Assembly: GCA_022711395.1 (NCBI GenBank)
Contig: JAKLFA010000005.1
Span: 44,410 to 108,409, forward strand
Direction of reading: 5' to 3'
Source: Candidatus Omnitrophota bacterium
GTDB lineage: Bacteria; Omnitrophota; Gorgyraeia; Zapsychrales; JANLHA01
DNA length: 64,000 nt
Positions 62,929-64,000 of this stretch are shown here, one piece after another. Numbering within the stretch: position 1 is the first letter of the stretch; each line of letters begins with the position of its first letter. Below the pieces are notes generated by a model that was not told where the DNA came from, searched no databases, and saw only the letters and a list, made by a program, of their open reading frames with translations. The translations under genes were made by a program, and so were the position numbers.

Positions 62929-64000
62929 TCAATTTTTCCGTATTTTATTTTTAAATTCGTGGATCTTGTTCAATGCTTCAAGAGGCGTTAAGGTGTTTAA
63001 ATCCAGGCGCTCAATCTCCTGGCGGATCTCAGCAGCAACGGGATCGCTGTTTAAGGCGAACAGGTCGAGCTGTTCTTCCTCTTGGGCCGAGTTCTCGCCG
63101 TGTTCGATCAAGGAGGCCTTGATATTTTGTTTCAGCTCGAGCTGAGTCAGGATCGTTTTGGCCCGGCTGATGACCGCAAGCGGCACGCCGGCGAGTTTGG
63201 CCACGTAGATCCCGTAGGAGTCATCGCTGCTTCCGGGAATGATCTTATGCAGAAAGACCACTTCATCCTGCCACTCTTTGACCGCGACGTTGTAGTTTTT
63301 GACGCCGCCGTATTTTTCGGCCATGGCCGTCAGTTCATGAAAGTGCGTCGCGAATAAAACCCGCGCGTTGGTTTTTTGCAAGTATTCCGCCAGGGCCCAG
63401 GCAAGGCTTAAGCCGTCAAAGGTCGAGGTCCCGCGCCCGACTTCGTCCAGGATCACCAGGCTTTGGTCGGTCAGGTTATTGAGGATATCAGCCATCTCGT
63501 TCATTTCAACCATGAAGGTGCTTTGGCCGCGGGCGATATCATCGTGGGCCCCGATGCGCGTGAAAATTTTATCAACGGTCCCGATATGCGCCTGCTGCGC
63601 CGGGATATAGCTTCCGATCTGGGCCAGGATCGTGAGGATCGCGATCTGGCGGATGTAGGTCGATTTTCCGGCCATGTTGGGCCCGGTCAGGATGACCAGA
63701 TGCTGTTCGCTTTGATCCAGATATGTGTCATTGGCCACGAACGCGGAATCGATCGAACGCTCTACGACCGGATGGCGGCCTTCCTTGATGTCGATCACGG
63801 GGCCGCTGGTGATATCCGGGGCGATATAGCCGGGCTGCTGGGCAAGCTGTGTTAAAGAAAAAATAGCGTCCAGGCGCGCAGCCTGCTGGGCAAAGGAATG
63901 CAGGTTTTGAGAATGCCGTAGGACTTCGTTTTTAAGTTTGATCAGGATCTCAAGTTCAAGCGCCAGGACCTTGTCCTGCGCGGTCAGGATCTTTTCTTCA
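62929..64000 (-). CDS. mutS: DNA mismatch repair protein MutS, C-terminal part only; the N-terminus lies beyond the window end
   Basis: Walker A 'LTGPNMAGKSTYIRQ', 'DEVGRGTSTFDGLSLAWA' and 'GRHPVVE' MutS domain V motifs. The frame is still open at 64000. Stop TGA at 62929-62931. Confidence 0.85.
   Translation of the reverse strand, partial: EEKILTAQDKVLALELEILIKLKNEVLRHSQNLHSFAQQAARLDAIFSLTQLAQQPGYIAPDITSGPVIDIKEGRHPVVERSIDSAFVANDTYLDQSEQHLVILTGPNMAGKSTYIRQIAILTILAQIGSYIPAQQAHIGTVDKIFTRIGAHDDIARGQSTFMVEMNEMADILNNLTDQSLVILDEVGRGTSTFDGLSLAWALAEYLQKTNARVLFATHFHELTAMAEKYGGVKNYNVAVKEWQDEVVFLHKIIPGSSDDSYGIYVAKLAGVPLAVISRAKTILTQLELKQNIKASLIEHGENSAQEEEQLDLFALNSDPVAAEIRQEIERLDLNTLTPLEALNKIHEFKNKIRKN

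Noticed and set aside
1-64000. CRISPR arrays, tRNA/rRNA genes, transposase/IS elements
   Set aside because: No regularly spaced direct repeats with unique spacers, no cloverleaf-compatible conserved tRNA boxes, and no DDE or serine recombinase motifs were seen. The short tandem HTH-like protein repeats at 9026-10240 are coding, not CRISPR.

Overview
One plus-strand ORF of at least 18,571 codons fills almost the whole window (nt 2-55,744); its 5' end lies outside the window. All calls below come from reading the sequence and recognising motifs; no database search or structure prediction was possible.

The giant ORF is not built from tandem adhesin-like repeats. It reads as a chain of about 46 unrelated, enzyme-sized modules:
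- a sugar-phosphate transferase, a GT2 glycosyltransferase, several GNAT acyltransferases and SAM methyltransferases;
- two protein-kinase-like folds, a GHKL ATPase, a fold-type-II PLP enzyme and a PPDK-like His-swivel phosphotransferase;
- a HIT hydrolase, a glutamate/amino-acid-dehydrogenase-like region, a radical-SAM/SPASM enzyme, a TPR array and an HExxH zincin-like domain;
- multi-pass membrane segments.

The modules are separated by a conserved hexapeptide, consensus [T/V]-N-[A/S]-[A/S]-V-L, seen 45 times. The motif is conserved at the amino-acid level only: Ser is encoded as both AGC and TCN, and Ala and Val codons vary freely. Several modules begin, right after the motif, with TAT-type (RRxFLK) or Sec-type signal peptides or a TM helix, as if each module was once, or after processing becomes, a separate exported protein. 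The hypothesis I favour is a bacterial polyprotein processed at the hexapeptide; this is inference, not shown by the sequence.

Internal duplications include two membrane-anchor modules, two copies of a roughly 125-aa soluble module, paralogous GNAT modules and six tandem HTH-like repeats of about 60 aa.

Downstream are ordinary bacterial genes: an HMGL-like aldolase, the KDPG aldolase eda, a HydE/BioB-family radical SAM gene, mnmA, an outer-membrane beta-barrel gene, a small membrane protein, mutL and a truncated mutS. No rRNA, tRNA or CRISPR array was found.
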